Assembly (NCBI GenBank): GCA_050288085.1
Contig: JBNKDD010000001.1
Coordinates: 15,728 to 79,727 of the forward strand
From: Anaerolineae bacterium
Lineage (GTDB): Bacteria > Chloroflexota > Anaerolineae > Aggregatilineales > UBA3940
Direction: 5' to 3'
Length of the DNA stretch: 64,000 nucleotides
Numbering within the stretch: the first letter of the stretch is position 1; each line of letters begins with the position of its first letter. Under the pieces are notes generated by a model, which did not search any database, was not told where the DNA came from, and saw nothing but the letters and a program-made list of their open reading frames with translations. The translations under genes were made by a program, and so were the position numbers. Below, piece by piece: positions 62,560 to 64,000 of this stretch.

Positions 62560-63999
62560 CTATTCCGATAAACCTTCCAATACACTTTCGGGCGTTAAGG
62601 GCAGGTGTTTAAACCAGACACCAGTCGCATCATGTAATGCATCAAGGATGGCGGGAGCAATTGCCAGGATGGGCATCTCGCCAATACCGGTTGCTCCCCA
62701 GGGGCCGATAGGCATTGGATTCTCCAGAATCAGCGATTCAAACTCTTGCGGAATATCCAGGATGGTAGGGATCAGATAGGTGCTTAAATCAGGAGTCAGC
62801 ACCCGGCCCTGATCCATCACAAAGTTCTCCATTGTTGCCCAGCCCATACCTTGAATCGCACCACCCTCGATCTGTCCTTCAACCACCGCCGGGTTGATAG
62901 ACTTGCCTACATCATGGGCTGATATGATCCGGGTGATGGCGATCTGGCCGGTCTCGGTATCCACCTCAAGCTCAACTGCTTGAGCCACATAGGCAAATGC
63001 GAATGCCCCCTTCCCTTTGCCCGTTTCGGGATCGAAGGGTTCGGTCGGCGGGGGAACATAATTGTAGGTGGCAACAGCCGGTCGTTCTTCATTATTCCAT
63101 TCGGCATAGGCAGCTTCTGCTGCACCGATCAGGGCATTTCCGGACATCAATGCCATCCGCGAGGCGGAGACGCTGCCAGCCGAAGGTGTTGTCGCCGTAT
63201 CGATGGCAACGATCTCGACGCTGTCCATCGGCAGATTGAGTGCTTCCGCTGCCATCTGGTGAATGGTAGTCTGGATACCCTGGCCGACCTCGGAAGCAGA
63301 TAGACGTACAACGGCTCGTTCAACTTCTGCGCCGCCGTGCAGCTCAATGGTGGCTGTAGATTGTTCTGGATAACCCAGCGTGTAAGCCACATTTTTTAAC
63401 CCGGCGGCAATGCCCAGTCCGCGCAGCACACTGGGCCGGACTTCCTTCTCAACCGGTGGGCGAGACCATCTGCTACCTTTTTCTTTCCAACCGGCAGCTA
63501 AAGCCGCTGCTTCAAGGGTTTCTTTGGCGCTCAGGCCGGGTGGCACCTCGACCATGGTCGAGGTTTGTGAATCCTCGCGCAGGACGTTGATCATGCGCAG
63601 TTCAACCGGATCGATGTTCAAGGCTTCGGCTAAACGCACCATCTGAGATTCGGCGGTCACAATGGCCTGCGGCACGCCAAATCCCCGGAATGCACCGCCG
63701 GTCACGTTGTTCGTAAAGACCGCCATTGCATCTAATTTGACGTGGGGAACTTCATATGAGCCGGTGCTGAATAAGACCGTTGAGGCCAGCACATAGTCAG
63801 TGGTCGAAGTGTAAGCGCCTGCATCAGCTATCACTTCGGTTTCCTGCGCCAGTAGTTTACCGTCTTTAGTTGCCCCCCACTTATGCCGGAGGGTCATGGT
63901 ATGGCGCTTGTGATGGCCGATCATGGTTTCTTCGCGAGTCCACACGACTTTGACCGGCTGACCGGTCTTCATCGCGGCGAGCGCCAGCAGGATTTGAAC
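62560..63999 (-). CDS. xanthine dehydrogenase/aldehyde oxidase family molybdopterin-binding subunit, N-terminus outside the window
   Basis: The ORF stays open to the window edge (..VQILLALAAMKTGQPVKVVWTREE..). The C-terminal part (GIGEMPILAIAPAILDALHDATG) is typical of the family. Confidence 0.85.
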   Translation of the reverse strand, partial: VQILLALAAMKTGQPVKVVWTREETMIGHHKRHTMTLRHKWGATKDGKLLAQETEVIADAGAYTSTTDYVLASTVLFSTGSYEVPHVKLDAMAVFTNNVTGGAFRGFGVPQAIVTAESQMVRLAEALNIDPVELRMINVLREDSQTSTMVEVPPGLSAKETLEAAALAAGWKEKGSRWSRPPVEKEVRPSVLRGLGIAAGLKNVAYTLGYPEQSTATIELHGGAEVERAVVRLSASEVGQGIQTTIHQMAAEALNLPMDSVEIVAIDTATTPSAGSVSASRMALMSGNALIGAAEAAYAEWNNEERPAVATYNYVPPPTEPFDPETGKGKGAFAFAYVAQAVELEVDTETGQIAITRIISAHDVGKSINPAVVEGQIEGGAIQGMGWATMENFVMDQGRVLTPDLSTYLIPTILDIPQEFESLILENPMPIGPWGATGIGEMPILAIAPAILDALHDATGVWFKHLPLTPESVLEGLSE

Positions 64000-64000
64000 T

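Noticed and set aside
1-64000. CRISPR arrays, rRNA genes, reverse transcriptase/retron or DGR elements, restriction-modification genes and prophage structural genes.
   Set aside because: No regularly spaced direct repeats were noticed. No ORF shows RT, Cas, methyltransferase, helicase-nuclease or capsid/terminase signatures. A computational repeat scan would be needed to exclude short degenerate arrays.

Overview
This is a dense chromosomal window with about 62 protein genes on both strands, one tRNA, no rRNA and no CRISPR array. It looks moderately GC-rich by eye (not computed). Protein signatures suggest an anaerobic Chloroflexota/Anaerolineae-like organism, but that is recognition only and unverified. 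The signatures are monoderm-style lipoproteins, many PBS-lyase-type HEAT proteins and a group 3b NiFe hydrogenase. Most of the window is ordinary core metabolism:
- a sugar ABC transporter, pyk, folE-folB-folK, tadA and tRNA-Ser
- asnB with a GT2 glycosyltransferase, a GH31 glucosidase, ppa and glyA
- two paralogous MacB/FtsX-type ABC exporters
- a complete hydBGDA sulfhydrogenase-type NiFe hydrogenase operon with its maturation protease and a two-component system
- the 3' end of a xanthine-dehydrogenase-family gene

I found no unambiguous new multi-gene system. The best candidates are:
1. A tightly coupled HEAT-Tag-Maf-MutY operon on the minus strand. It ends in a zinc-ribbon(DUF5679-like)-TIR protein next to a lone tyrosine recombinase.
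2. A ppa, receiver, receiver-cyclase, pseudo-receiver-GAF-DHp-only, lipoprotein operon. It reads like a phosphorelay driving cNMP synthesis without any ATPase-bearing kinase.
3. A cupin-XRE regulator divergent from a His-rich NifX-like, MJ0301-type MBL, DUF4213/DUF364 cluster. It lies close to a folE-B-K operon that has no folP in this window.

All family calls come from motifs read in the translated ORFs. No database search was run.
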